A DNA stretch of 64,000 nucleotides from positions 352,001 through 416,000 of the forward strand of contig CAVPSB010000012.1 in the NCBI GenBank assembly GCA_963708025.1. Direction: 5' to 3'. The notes below the pieces were generated by a model. That model worked only from the letters and a program-made list of their open reading frames with translations, was not told the origin of the DNA and searched no databases. This stretch comes from an uncultured Candidatus Rokubacteria bacterium (GTDB lineage Bacteria > Methylomirabilota > Methylomirabilia > Rokubacteriales > DASRDR01). Of the stretch, positions 49,417 through 58,429 are shown piece after piece. Numbering within the stretch: position 1 is the stretch's first letter; each line of letters starts with the position of its first letter. A program made the translations under genes and the position numbers.

Positions 49417-50538
49417 TCATCCCACGACCGCGGTCTTGACGCTCACGATCGAGGGCAAGCCGTCGGCCAGCAGCCGCCACGAGCTTCCCCCGTCGCGGGA
49501 GCCCCACAGCTTGCCGTTGCGGGTCCCGACGTAGACGCCGGCCGGGTCGAGGGTGTCGGTGGCCAGCGCGTCCCGCAGCACGGGGTCGAACACGCCCTTC
49601 TGCGGCAGGCCGCGGGTCAGCGCCTGCCAGGAGCGGCCGCCGTTCCGGGTCCGGTACACCCGCAGCTTCCCGCCGGGGGGGCAGCGGAACTGGTCGGACT
49701 CGAGCGGCACGATGTAGACGGTGTCCGGGTCGTGCGGGTGGATCGCCATCGCGAAGCCGAAGTCCGACGGCACGCCGTGGGCCATGTCCTGCCAGGACTC
49801 GGCGGCGTCGTCCGAGCGGTAGAGCCCCCAGTGGTTTTGTAGATATAGCCGCTCCGGGTGCGCGGGGTGGTGCACGACCTTGTGCACGCACTGGCCGAAC
49901 TCCGGGTGCTTGTCGGGGAGGAACTCCGCCCGGATCCCCTTGTTGCGGGCTCGCCACGTGCGGCCGCCGTCGTCGGTCCGGTACAGACCGCCCGTCGAGA
50001 TGGCGATCCACATCCGATCCGGGCGGCTCGGATCCGGCAGGATGGTGTGGAGACAGAGCCCGCCGCCGCCGGGGGCCCAGTTGGCCCGGTGCGGATGATC
50101 GAGGAGGCCGCGGACCGGCGCCCAGCTCTCGCCCCCGTCGGTGGAGGCGAACAGCGCGGCGGGCTCGACGCCGCAGTAGAGGGTCTCCGGCTCCTCCGCC
50201 CGGCCGGGACGGATCTGCCAGATCTGCCGGAGCGAGAGACCGGACTCGGCGGGAAACCGCACCGCGCCCTGAGGGTCGTCCGTCCACGTCCGCCCGAAGT
50301 CGTCGCTCCGGTGGAGCGTGGCGCCCCAGTGCATGCTGGAGGCGCCGGCCCAGAGGCGCCGGCGACCCTGCCGGCCGTCCCAGGCGAGCGCGTACACCGC
50401 GTGGCCGGGGAAGTGCGGCCCCCCGACGTCCCAGCGGGCGCGGCCTCCACCGGCGCGGAAGAGGAACGCGCCCTTCAGCGTGCCGACCAGGACGAGCACG
50501 TCGCCGCGCTTCGGCCGGACCTGTCGCGTCGTCACCAT
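49417..50538 (-). CDS. BNR/Asp-box beta-propeller (sialidase-like) protein
   Basis: Repeated S/T.D.G.TW Asp boxes; GGLCLH, GQCVHK, QNHWG. Confidence 0.88.
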   Translation of the reverse strand: MVTTRQVRPKRGDVLVLVGTLKGAFLFRAGGGRARWDVGGPHFPGHAVYALAWDGRQGRRRLWAGASSMHWGATLHRSDDFGRTWTDDPQGAVRFPAESGLSLRQIWQIRPGRAEEPETLYCGVEPAALFASTDGGESWAPVRGLLDHPHRANWAPGGGGLCLHTILPDPSRPDRMWIAISTGGLYRTDDGGRTWRARNKGIRAEFLPDKHPEFGQCVHKVVHHPAHPERLYLQNHWGLYRSDDAAESWQDMAHGVPSDFGFAMAIHPHDPDTVYIVPLESDQFRCPPGGKLRVYRTRNGGRSWQALTRGLPQKGVFDPVLRDALATDTLDPAGVYVGTRNGKLWGSRDGGSSWRLLADGLPSIVSVKTAVVG

Positions 50539-50669
50539 GTTGGCACCTCCCGCCTACCCAATCCTCGACGGCCTCGGCCTTTGGCCCCCTCCCCCATTTT
50601 TCGACGGCCTTCGGCCTTTGGCTGGGGGGAGGGGGGAGTCGGAGGCTCCGATCGCTTCACACGCTATCA
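50539..50669 (-). repeat. Repeat family A copy with two GGCCGAAGGCC-type modules; supplies the SD for ATG 50538
   Basis: Minus strand: TGATAGCGTGTGAAGC...GTAGGCGGGAGGTGCCAAC-ATG. Confidence 0.88.
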
Positions 50670-52292
50670 AAAGGCCAGGGCGTAGCCGTCGCGGCGCGGG
50701 TCGGCCCCGCCCTGCAGCACGCCCGACTCGGGGTCGCGCCCGATCCCCTGGCCGCCCCCGACGACCCACGACCAGTCGTCGATCACGTTGACCTGGTGGC
50801 CGCGCGCGGTCAGGGCGTCCCGCGTCGGCTCCGGGACGCGACCTTCCACGTCCACCAGGCGATCCCGGTAGGCTCTGACCCGCGGCGCTTCGATGGCGTC
50901 CTGGACGGCCATCCCGAACTCGAGCACGTTGAGGAGCATCTGGGGCGTGGTCTGGAGGATTCCGAAGGAGCCCGGGGTCCCGATCGAGAGGCGGAAGCCG
51001 CCGTTCCGGAACGCCTGGCACGGGGACATCCGGGTCTGGAGCCGGGCGCCGGGGCGGAGCATCGCCGGGCTCGCCGGGTCGAGCTCCGTCCAGAAGAGCA
51101 TGTTGTTGAGGAGCAGGCCGGTGCCGGGCACCATCACGCCGGAGCCGAACGGGCTGCCGAGGGTCTGGGTCACGGTCACCACCGTGCCGTCGCCGTCCGC
51201 GGTGGCGAAGTGGGTCGTGTGCTCCTTCATGAAGTCGGCGGGATGGCCGGGAAGGATCTCGTCCGGCAGCCACTCCGCGCTCCACCGCTCGCCCCCCGAC
51301 ACCCCGGCGCGCTTCGGATCGATCAGCCGTCGCCGCTCGGCCGCGTAGGCCGGCGAGAGGAGGCCGGCGATCGGCAGCCCTTCCCGGGGACCCCACGCGA
51401 CGCGATCGGCCGAGGCCAGCTTCACCGCCTCGATCAGGTGGTGGAGGTAGTCGGGCGAGTTGTGGCCGAAGCCGCGGAGGTCGAAGCCCTCGAGGAGCTG
51501 CAGGGTCTGGAGGATCGGGAAGGAGTAGGTGGGAACGCACACCTCGTGGTCACGGAACCGCGAGGCGATCGGCTCGCCCCAGGTCGGCGCGTAGCCGGCG
51601 AGGTCCGCCTCGGTGAGCCAGCCGCCGTGCTCCTGCACCGCCCGGGCGATCGTCCGCGCCAGCGGGCCTCGGTAGAACGCCTCGGCGCCGCCCTCGGCGA
51701 GCTGGCGGAGCGTGCCGCCCAGCTCCTTCTGGACGAGCACTGTCCCTGGCCGCGGCACCCGGCCACCGGCGCCGAGGAAGGTCCGCTCGGCCTCGGCCGA
51801 GTAGGCGAGCTGGACGCGCCCCTTGGCGAAGAAATCGCAGTTCTTCCAGGTGAGCGGGAAGCCCTCCTCGGCGAGGCGGATCGCGGGAGCCAGGACGGCG
51901 CTCCGCGGAAGCGTGCCGTTCCGCTCGTGGAGGGCGAGGATCGCCGCCGGGAGGCCGGGGACGCCGATGGAGCGCGCGCCGCCCTTGAGGTCCGCCTCGG
52001 TGAGCCGGCCCGGGTCGGCCGCCGCCGGCACCTGGCCGGCCGAGACCAGCGTCTCCCGGACGCCGCGGCGGGAGATCAGGAGCGAGGCCACTCCGCCCGC
52101 CGCCGACATGTACGGCTCCACCACGTGGAGGGCGAACGACGTCGCGGCGGCGGCGTCCACGGCGTTCCCGCCCTGGAGCAGCGCCTGCATGCCGGCCAGC
52201 GTCGCCAGTGGATGCGCGGCGGCGATGCAGCCGTGCGTGCCCATGACCGTCGGGCGGTAGGCCTGACCGTGAGGCGGTGTGGACGCGGACAT
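50667..52292 (-). CDS. ggt: Gamma-glutamyltransferase family protein
   Basis: GGNAVDAA, HTTHF (Thr nucleophile), GLLLNN, GTPG, GGADPRRDG. Confidence 0.92.
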   Translation of the reverse strand: MSASTPPHGQAYRPTVMGTHGCIAAAHPLATLAGMQALLQGGNAVDAAAATSFALHVVEPYMSAAGGVASLLISRRGVRETLVSAGQVPAAADPGRLTEADLKGGARSIGVPGLPAAILALHERNGTLPRSAVLAPAIRLAEEGFPLTWKNCDFFAKGRVQLAYSAEAERTFLGAGGRVPRPGTVLVQKELGGTLRQLAEGGAEAFYRGPLARTIARAVQEHGGWLTEADLAGYAPTWGEPIASRFRDHEVCVPTYSFPILQTLQLLEGFDLRGFGHNSPDYLHHLIEAVKLASADRVAWGPREGLPIAGLLSPAYAAERRRLIDPKRAGVSGGERWSAEWLPDEILPGHPADFMKEHTTHFATADGDGTVVTVTQTLGSPFGSGVMVPGTGLLLNNMLFWTELDPASPAMLRPGARLQTRMSPCQAFRNGGFRLSIGTPGSFGILQTTPQMLLNVLEFGMAVQDAIEAPRVRAYRDRLVDVEGRVPEPTRDALTARGHQVNVIDDWSWVVGGGQGIGRDPESGVLQGGADPRRDGYALAF

Positions 52293-52314
52293 CGAAGCCT
52301 CCCTTCGGGCTTGC

Positions 52315-54042
52315 TCAGTGGCTCGTCGGCAGGTAAGCGTCCAGGTCCTGGCCGGGGCCGCCGCGGAGGAAGTCGAAGTCGGCGCCCTCGTGGGCCTGGA
52401 GCACGTGGTCGAGGTAGAGCTTGCCGTAACCGCGGGTGAAGGCCGGTCGGGGCGGGGACCACCGGGCCCGCCGGCGCGCCAGCTCCCCGTCGTCCACGTG
52501 GAGCGTGAGGCGGCGACCCGGCACGTCCAGCTCGATCTCGTCGCCGTCCTGGACGAGGGCGAGCGGGCCGCCGATCCCGGACTCGGGCGCCACGTGGAGG
52601 ACGCAGGTGCCGTAGGAGGTCCCGCTCATCCGGGCGTCCGAGATCCGGACCAGGTCCTTGACGCCCCGGCGGAGGAGCTTCTCGGGGATCGGGAGCTGGC
52701 CCCACTCCGGCATCCCGGGCGCGCCCCGGGGCCCGCCCAGCTTCTGGACCAGCACCGAGGTCTCGTTGACCTCGAGCGCGGCGTCGTTGATCCGCGCCAT
52801 CAGGTCGTGCTTGGACTCGAAGACCACGGCCCGGCCGCGGTGGCGGAGGAGGTGCGGCGACGCGGCCGTCTGCTTGAGCACGGCGCCGTCCGGGCAGAGG
52901 TTGCCGTAGAGGATGACGGTCCCGCCCTCCTTCCCGAGGGGCTGGTCGAGCGGCACGATCACCTCGCGGTTCCACACCTTGGCGGTCCGGACGTTCTCGC
53001 CCAGGCCCCGGCCGGTCACCGTGAGCGCGTCGTTGTGGAGCAGCGGCGCCAGCTCGCGGAGGACGGCCGGCAGCCCGCCCGCGTAGAAGAAGTCCTCCAT
53101 CAGGTAGGCGCCGGAGGGGCGGACGTTGGCGATGAACGGCGTCTCCCGCGAGATCCGGTCGAAGACCGACAGCGGCAGCGGCACGCCGACCCGGCCCGCG
53201 AGGGCGACCAGGTGCACGATGGCGTTGGTGCTGCCGCCGATGGCCATGTCCACTCGGATCGCGTTCTCGAACGCCTCGCGGGTCAGGATCCGGGTCGGGC
53301 GGAGGTCCTCGGCCACCATCTGGACGGCCCGCTGGCCGGAGGCCTCGGCCAGGGCGAGCCGCCGGGCGTCCGGGGCCGGGATGGCGGCGTTGCCGGGGAG
53401 GGTCATGCCGAGGGCCTCCGCCATCGACGCCATCGTGGACGCCGTGCCCATCACCATGCAGTGGCCGCTGGAGCGCGAGATGCAGTTCTCCATCTCGCAC
53501 CACTCCTCCTCGCCGATCCGCCCGGCCCGGAGCTCGTCCCAGTAGCGCCACACGTCCGTGCCGGAGCCGAGCGGCTCGGTGCCGTACATGCCCCGCAGCA
53601 TCGGCCCGCCGGTGACCATGATGGCGGGCACGTCCGCGCTGGCGGCGCCCATCAGCATCGCCGGGGTCGTCTTGTCGCAGCCGGAGAGGAGGACCACGCC
53701 GTCGAAGGGCAGGGAGCGGATGCACTCCTCGGTGTCCATGGCCAGGAGGTTCCGGAAGAGCATCGTGGTCGGCTTCATCAGGGGCTCGCTGAGCGAGATG
53801 ACCGGGAACTCCAGCGGGAAGCCGCCCGCCCGCCAGACCCCGCGCTTGACATGCTCGGCGACCGTGCGGAGGTGGCTGTTGCAGTTGGTCGCCTCGCTCC
53901 AGGAGTTGGCGACCCCGATCACCGGCCGGCCGCGGAAGGTGTCGTCGGTCAGGCCTTCCGCCTTCAGCCAGGCGCGGTGGAGGAAGCCGTTGAGGTCGTT
54001 GCCGCCGAACCAGAGCTCGCTGCGGAGTCGGGGACGCGTCAT
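52315..54042 (-). CDS. IlvD/Edd-family dehydratase (sugar-acid, L-arabinonate dehydratase-like)
   Basis: NCNSH, GCDKT, GHCMVMGTAST, GGSTN, GPRGAPGMPE, SDARMSGT. Confidence 0.92.
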   Translation of the reverse strand: MTRPRLRSELWFGGNDLNGFLHRAWLKAEGLTDDTFRGRPVIGVANSWSEATNCNSHLRTVAEHVKRGVWRAGGFPLEFPVISLSEPLMKPTTMLFRNLLAMDTEECIRSLPFDGVVLLSGCDKTTPAMLMGAASADVPAIMVTGGPMLRGMYGTEPLGSGTDVWRYWDELRAGRIGEEEWCEMENCISRSSGHCMVMGTASTMASMAEALGMTLPGNAAIPAPDARRLALAEASGQRAVQMVAEDLRPTRILTREAFENAIRVDMAIGGSTNAIVHLVALAGRVGVPLPLSVFDRISRETPFIANVRPSGAYLMEDFFYAGGLPAVLRELAPLLHNDALTVTGRGLGENVRTAKVWNREVIVPLDQPLGKEGGTVILYGNLCPDGAVLKQTAASPHLLRHRGRAVVFESKHDLMARINDAALEVNETSVLVQKLGGPRGAPGMPEWGQLPIPEKLLRRGVKDLVRISDARMSGTSYGTCVLHVAPESGIGGPLALVQDGDEIELDVPGRRLTLHVDDGELARRRARWSPPRPAFTRGYGKLYLDHVLQAHEGADFDFLRGGPGQDLDAYLPTSH

Positions 54043-54148
54043 GGTGCCGGGAGCCTCCTGGGTGGACCGTGGTGCCCGCCTATCTTTTCGCGCCCCTGGA
54101 CTGCTGTCAAGCGGCAGCGCATGGTTTCCCGGGCGCCGCGGCTCCGCG

Positions 54149-54154
54149 TACAAT
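54149..54154 (+). promoter_or_regulatory. -10 box TACAAT 6 nt before GTG 54161 (leaderless-type)
   Basis: TACAAT-ggggtc-GTG, no SD. Confidence 0.6.
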
Positions 54155-54160
54155 GGGGTC

Positions 54161-54721
54161 GTGGCGAGCCAGGGGCTCCGGCATCGGTTCACCGTCGAGG
54201 ACTACCACCGGATGGCGGCGGCGGGGGTCCTGTCCGATGACGACCGGGTCGAGCTGATCGACGGGGAGATCGTTGACATGACGCCCATCGGCAGCCGGCA
54301 CATGGCGTGCGTGGACCGACTGAATCGATTGCTCACGGCGGCGTGCGGGGACCGGGCGATCGTGCGGGTTCAGGGCCCGATCCGGCTCGGTCCTCGCTCG
54401 GAGCCGCAGCCGGACGTCACGCTGCTGCGCCCCCGACCGGATTTCTACGCGGAGGGGCATCCGGGCCCGGACTCCGTGCTGGTGCTGGTCGAGGTCGCCG
54501 ACACCTCGCTCGATCTGGATCGGAGCGTGAAGCTGCCGCTCTACGCCCGGGCCGGGATCCGCGAGGTCTGGCTGGTGGACCTCGCCGCCAGCCGCGTGGT
54601 GGTGCATCGCACGCCGGGACCCGATGGGTACGCCGACGTCCGGTCGACGGGTGGCGACGCGCGCCTCTCGCCCGCCGCGTTCCCCGGTCTCGATCTCCGC
54701 GCTCGGGACATCATCGGCTGA
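54161..54721 (+). CDS. Uma2-family (PD-(D/E)xK) endonuclease-like protein
   Basis: FTVEDYHRM, RVELIDGEI, EPQPD, LVEVA, K..LYARAGIREVWLVD. Confidence 0.92.
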   Translation: MASQGLRHRFTVEDYHRMAAAGVLSDDDRVELIDGEIVDMTPIGSRHMACVDRLNRLLTAACGDRAIVRVQGPIRLGPRSEPQPDVTLLRPRPDFYAEGHPGPDSVLVLVEVADTSLDLDRSVKLPLYARAGIREVWLVDLAASRVVVHRTPGPDGYADVRSTGGDARLSPAAFPGLDLRARDIIG

Positions 54722-54752
54722 GCCGTCCCGGCCGGCGCCTTCCCCGCGATCC

Positions 54753-55460
54753 ATGGGCATCCGCGAGCGGCTCGAGCGCCTCGACTGGAAGGAGATCGAG
54801 GCCGCGCTCTGGGAATGGGGCTACGCCCGGACGGACGCCGTCCTCACCCCGGCGGAGTGCGCCGAGCTGATCGCGCTCTACCCCGACGACCGGCGGTTCC
54901 GCAGCCGGATCGACATGGCCCGCTTCCGGTTCGGTGTGGGCGACTACAAGTACTTCGCCGACCCGCTCCCGCCGCTGGTGGCCACGCTCCGCCAGCACGC
55001 GTACCCGCCGCTGGCGGCGATCGCGAACCGGTGGATGGAGGCGCTGGGCGTCCGCGACCGCTATCCGGAGGAGCTGGCCGGCCTGCTCGCCCGCTGCCAC
55101 CGGGCCGGCCAGACGAAGCCGACGCCGCTCCTGCTCCACTACGAGGCCGGCGGCTACAACTGCCTCCACCGCGATCTCTACGGGGAGGTGGCGTTCCCCC
55201 TCCAGCTCACCGCGTTCCTGAGCCGGCGCGGGGCCGACTACACGGGCGGCGAGTTCCTCCTCGTCGAGCAGCGGCCGCGGGCCCAGTCCCGTGGCGAGGC
55301 GATCCCGACCGAGCAGGGGGAGCTGGTGATCTTCGCGACGGCGGAGCGGCCGGTCCACGGGAGCCGGGGCTACTTCCGCGCCGGCATGCGGCATGGCGTG
55401 AGCCGGGTGCGCTCGGGCTCCCGGTACACGCTGGGCGTCATCTTCCACGACGCGCGCTGA
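54753..55460 (+). CDS. 2OG-Fe(II) oxygenase (DUF2086-like)
   Basis: FRSRIDMAR..FG.G.YKYF, YNCLHRDLYGE, MRHGVS, LGVIFHDA. Confidence 0.88.
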   Translation: MGIRERLERLDWKEIEAALWEWGYARTDAVLTPAECAELIALYPDDRRFRSRIDMARFRFGVGDYKYFADPLPPLVATLRQHAYPPLAAIANRWMEALGVRDRYPEELAGLLARCHRAGQTKPTPLLLHYEAGGYNCLHRDLYGEVAFPLQLTAFLSRRGADYTGGEFLLVEQRPRAQSRGEAIPTEQGELVIFATAERPVHGSRGYFRAGMRHGVSRVRSGSRYTLGVIFHDAR

Positions 55461-55545
55461 TTTTTCGGGACCGGCCTCCGTCCCGCCCAGCCCCCCTCCG
55501 CCCCCCACCGGGGAGGGGGGAGTCGGAGTCGCCGATTTACTTGGT
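55461..55545 (-). repeat. Degenerate repeat family A copy between convergent genes
   Basis: Minus strand: CTCCGACTCCCCCCTCCCCGGTGGGGGGCGGAGGGGGG...GGTCCCGAAAAA. Confidence 0.75.
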
Positions 55546-56199
55546 CTACTGGGTCGCGGTGCCGGACTTCCGGGTCTTCTGCTCTTCCGCCACCTCGAGC
55601 TGCTTCTGCTCCATCTTCTTCATCAGCTCGTCGAACGAGTTCTGCGTGATGATCTTGTTGAACTGGGACCGGTAGTTGGCGACCAGGCTGACCCCCTCGA
55701 TCGACACGTCGTAGACCTCCCACCGGTCACCCTTCTTCTGCAGCCGGTAGTCGAGGGGGATCTCGGTTCCCCGCTGGGTGACGATCTTGGACCGCACGCT
55801 CACCGTGTCCCCGTCGGCCACCTCGGGCAGGTAGACGATCTTCTCCCCGCCGTACGACTCGATCTTGGTCACGTAGGAGTTCTCGAGGAGGTCCGCGAAG
55901 AGCTCGGTGAAGCGCTTCCGCTGCTCAGGGGTCCGCGCCGCCCAGTGGCGGGCCAGCGCCCGCTTCGCCATCTCCTCGAAGTCGAAGAGCCCGCGCGCCA
56001 CCTCCCGGATCTGGGCGCGGCGCTTCTCGGCGTGCTGCGGCTTCTTGAGCTCCGGGTCCTGCACCAGCTTCAGCACCCGATCCACCGAGGCCTTGACCTG
56101 GTCGGTGGCCGGGCCGGCCCAGGCGGCGGCCGCCGCCAGCGCGATCCCGGCGGCGATCGCCCCCGCCTTGACCGACCGCGGCGTCGGTAGCGTTCTCAT
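55546..56199 (-). CDS. mlaC: MlaC/Ttg2D phospholipid-binding periplasmic protein
   Basis: FDFEEMAKRAL..HW, F..LF..LL..SY, W.VYDV.IEGVSLV.NYRSQF. Confidence 0.9.
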   Translation of the reverse strand: MRTLPTPRSVKAGAIAAGIALAAAAAWAGPATDQVKASVDRVLKLVQDPELKKPQHAEKRRAQIREVARGLFDFEEMAKRALARHWAARTPEQRKRFTELFADLLENSYVTKIESYGGEKIVYLPEVADGDTVSVRSKIVTQRGTEIPLDYRLQKKGDRWEVYDVSIEGVSLVANYRSQFNKIITQNSFDELMKKMEQKQLEVAEEQKTRKSGTATQ

Positions 56200-56358
56200 G
56201 TGTGCTCCTCCTCGAGGGCCAGGCCCTCGGCTCTCTCGTGACGGCAAGCACCATGCCAGGACTCCGGCCTCGCGGCGCACGCGAACCATCTGACGGCCGA
56301 CCGGGACGCGCCGTTCGCGCCGTCAGGTCGCTGACAGGTGAACGCGGCCCCGATGGGA

Positions 56359-57381
56359 TCAGATACGGCCCCGGAGGGCGGCAGCGAACGCCTCGATCGC
56401 GCCGCGCTCGCTGCGGCTCTCCAGCGGCACGTAAGGGGCGACCCGATCGAGAAGCCCGGCGTAGCGGGCGGCGAGGGCGTGCGCCAGCTCCGGGAGGGGC
56501 GCCTCGACCGCGAAGGTGGCCAGCATCTCGTCGCTGATCAGGTCGGCCATGCCGGCCCAGTCGCCCTCCACGGACTTCCGGTGCAGGCGCGGCATCAGGT
56601 CCTGCCAGCCATGGGCGGCCAGGACGGGCTCGTAGGTCCGGGTGGACGCGTAGAAGGCGATCTGGCTCCGCGCGAACTGGCGGGCCTGGTCCCGCTCGGC
56701 GGCGGTGCGCCCGGTCACCATGAAGACGGACGTGGCGAGGGTGATGTCGTCACGGCGGCGCCCGCTCTTGGCGAGCCCGGCCTCGATGTTGGGGAGCGCG
56801 AACTCCCGGAGGTACGTCACCGAATGGAACGGGTGCAGGTGCACGCCCTCGCACAGCTCGCCGGCCAGGCGCAGGTTGTAGCCGTTGACCGCCGCGATGT
56901 AGATCGGGATCCGTGGGTGGTCGATGGGGCGCGGGGTGAAGAAGGGCGTCATCAGGGTGATGTTGTAGTGCTCGCTCCGGAAGTTGATGGGGGCGCCGGT
57001 CTGCCAGCACTCCCAGACGGCCCGGAGGGCCTGGACGTAGTCCCGCAGGCGCGGCCCGGGGGCCGTCCACGGCACCGAGAAGCGCCGCTCGTTGTGACCC
57101 TTGACCTGGGTGCCGAGCCCGAGGATCAGCCGGCCCCCGGAGGCGGCCTGGAGGTCCCAGGCCATGTGGGCCACGACCGTCGGGCTTCGCGGAAAGGCGA
57201 CCGCGATCGCGGTGCCCAGGGTCGGCCGGCGCGTGTGCTCGGCGGCCAGCGCCAGCGGGAGAAACGGATCGTGCCGCGTCTCGGAGGCCCACAGACCGTC
57301 GAAGCCGAGGGCCTCGGCGTCGCGGGCCAGGGCCGGCACGTCGACCAGGCTGTCGATCGCGATGTTGATGTCGAGCTTCAT
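56359..57381 (-). CDS. LLM-class, probably F420-dependent, oxidoreductase
   Basis: AEALGFDG, ETRHDPFL, TAIAVAFPRSP, LGLGTQVKGHNERRF, MTPFF. Confidence 0.88.
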   Translation of the reverse strand: MKLDINIAIDSLVDVPALARDAEALGFDGLWASETRHDPFLPLALAAEHTRRPTLGTAIAVAFPRSPTVVAHMAWDLQAASGGRLILGLGTQVKGHNERRFSVPWTAPGPRLRDYVQALRAVWECWQTGAPINFRSEHYNITLMTPFFTPRPIDHPRIPIYIAAVNGYNLRLAGELCEGVHLHPFHSVTYLREFALPNIEAGLAKSGRRRDDITLATSVFMVTGRTAAERDQARQFARSQIAFYASTRTYEPVLAAHGWQDLMPRLHRKSVEGDWAGMADLISDEMLATFAVEAPLPELAHALAARYAGLLDRVAPYVPLESRSERGAIEAFAAALRGRI

Positions 57382-57448
57382 CGATTCCTCACCGCCCTCG
57401 CGGCACTCGACGAGGGCACCGAATCCAGGCCTTGGGTACCGGGCCGCG

Positions 57449-58261
57449 TCATCGTCCTTCCCCGATCGGGGAAAGGGGCACCCGGTCTTTCCATCCGACG
57501 ACGAGGCCCGGGGCGCCGGCCTCCAGGGTGGCCAGCGGGACCCGCACGAGCAGCCGGTCCCCCTCGCGCCACTCGCCGGCCCGCATGGGCGCGACGTCGG
57601 CCGGGCCCCGCGGCGTGAGGCTCGCGTCCACCATGGTCTCGACCCCGCTCCGGACGATGAGCAGTTCCAGGCCGCCCGCGCGGCGAAAGAGCCTCGGGGC
57701 GTCGGGGCGCACCGCCGGCCAGACCATGGGTGTCAGGACGACCGGGACGCCCGTGCCCCGGATGAGGGCGGGCAGGGTGATGTCGAGCCGGACGAAGCTG
57801 CCGTCGGGCGCGGCCACGAGCAGCGTGCCGATCACCTGGGTGATCGTGGTGAGCTCCCCGCCGATGTCGATCACGCAGACGTCGCCGGGTCGTGCCGTCC
57901 GCGGCTGGATCTCGAGCGACGTCCAGGCGGCGGCGTCGGCCGGCGGCCGCAGCGCGAGGAGCTGGAACTCGCCCTGGCCACCGAAGGCCGCGGCCTCTGG
58001 GCCGGCGAGCAGCCGCATCGGCTTCCGGACGAGCGCCTCCCGGGGGATGGCGTCCACGGCACCGGGCGGGGCGCGCTCGACGACACCTCGCTCCAGCACT
58101 GCCGCCAGCCCGGGCCGGGCCGCCCGCTGGGCCGTGACCGCCTCCCAGAGGAAGGCGAAGCGGACGGCCGGCGGGCTCGTCTGGCCCCCGGCGCCGGGCG
58201 GTGCCGCCAGGACCGCCACGCCGACCAGGCAGCCGAGGAGAACCGGGCGGGCCCCGCTCAC
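57449..58261 (-). CDS. Exported hypothetical protein
   Basis: GAGG RBS, signal-like N-terminus, host codon usage. Confidence 0.65.
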   Translation of the reverse strand: MSGARPVLLGCLVGVAVLAAPPGAGGQTSPPAVRFAFLWEAVTAQRAARPGLAAVLERGVVERAPPGAVDAIPREALVRKPMRLLAGPEAAAFGGQGEFQLLALRPPADAAAWTSLEIQPRTARPGDVCVIDIGGELTTITQVIGTLLVAAPDGSFVRLDITLPALIRGTGVPVVLTPMVWPAVRPDAPRLFRRAGGLELLIVRSGVETMVDASLTPRGPADVAPMRAGEWREGDRLLVRVPLATLEAGAPGLVVGWKDRVPLSPIGEGR

Positions 58262-58304
58262 TGCGCACCCCTCGGTAAGAAGTGGCGGAGCTTCCCTGCG
58301 TGGC

Positions 58305-58394
58305 ACCGGGCCGCGGCCCGAGCCCCGCTCGGACGCAGGGAGGAGGCGGGCCGAGGCGTATGCCGCATACGTTGAGGCCCGCCGACGACCGAGG
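58305..58394 (-). repeat. Structured intercistronic repeat, family B copy 2
   Basis: Shares CCTCGGTCGTCG and CTCCCTGCGTCC with 6271-6360, with a covarying central hairpin. Confidence 0.8.
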
Positions 58395-58429
58395 ACGCCG
58401 CGGGGCGAAGGGCCCCGGCCCGGTGCCGC

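Noticed and set aside
54161-54721. Uma2 nuclease as a defence system or mobiliser of the repeats
   Set aside because: Common stand-alone family; no methylase, defence partner or flanking repeat supports this
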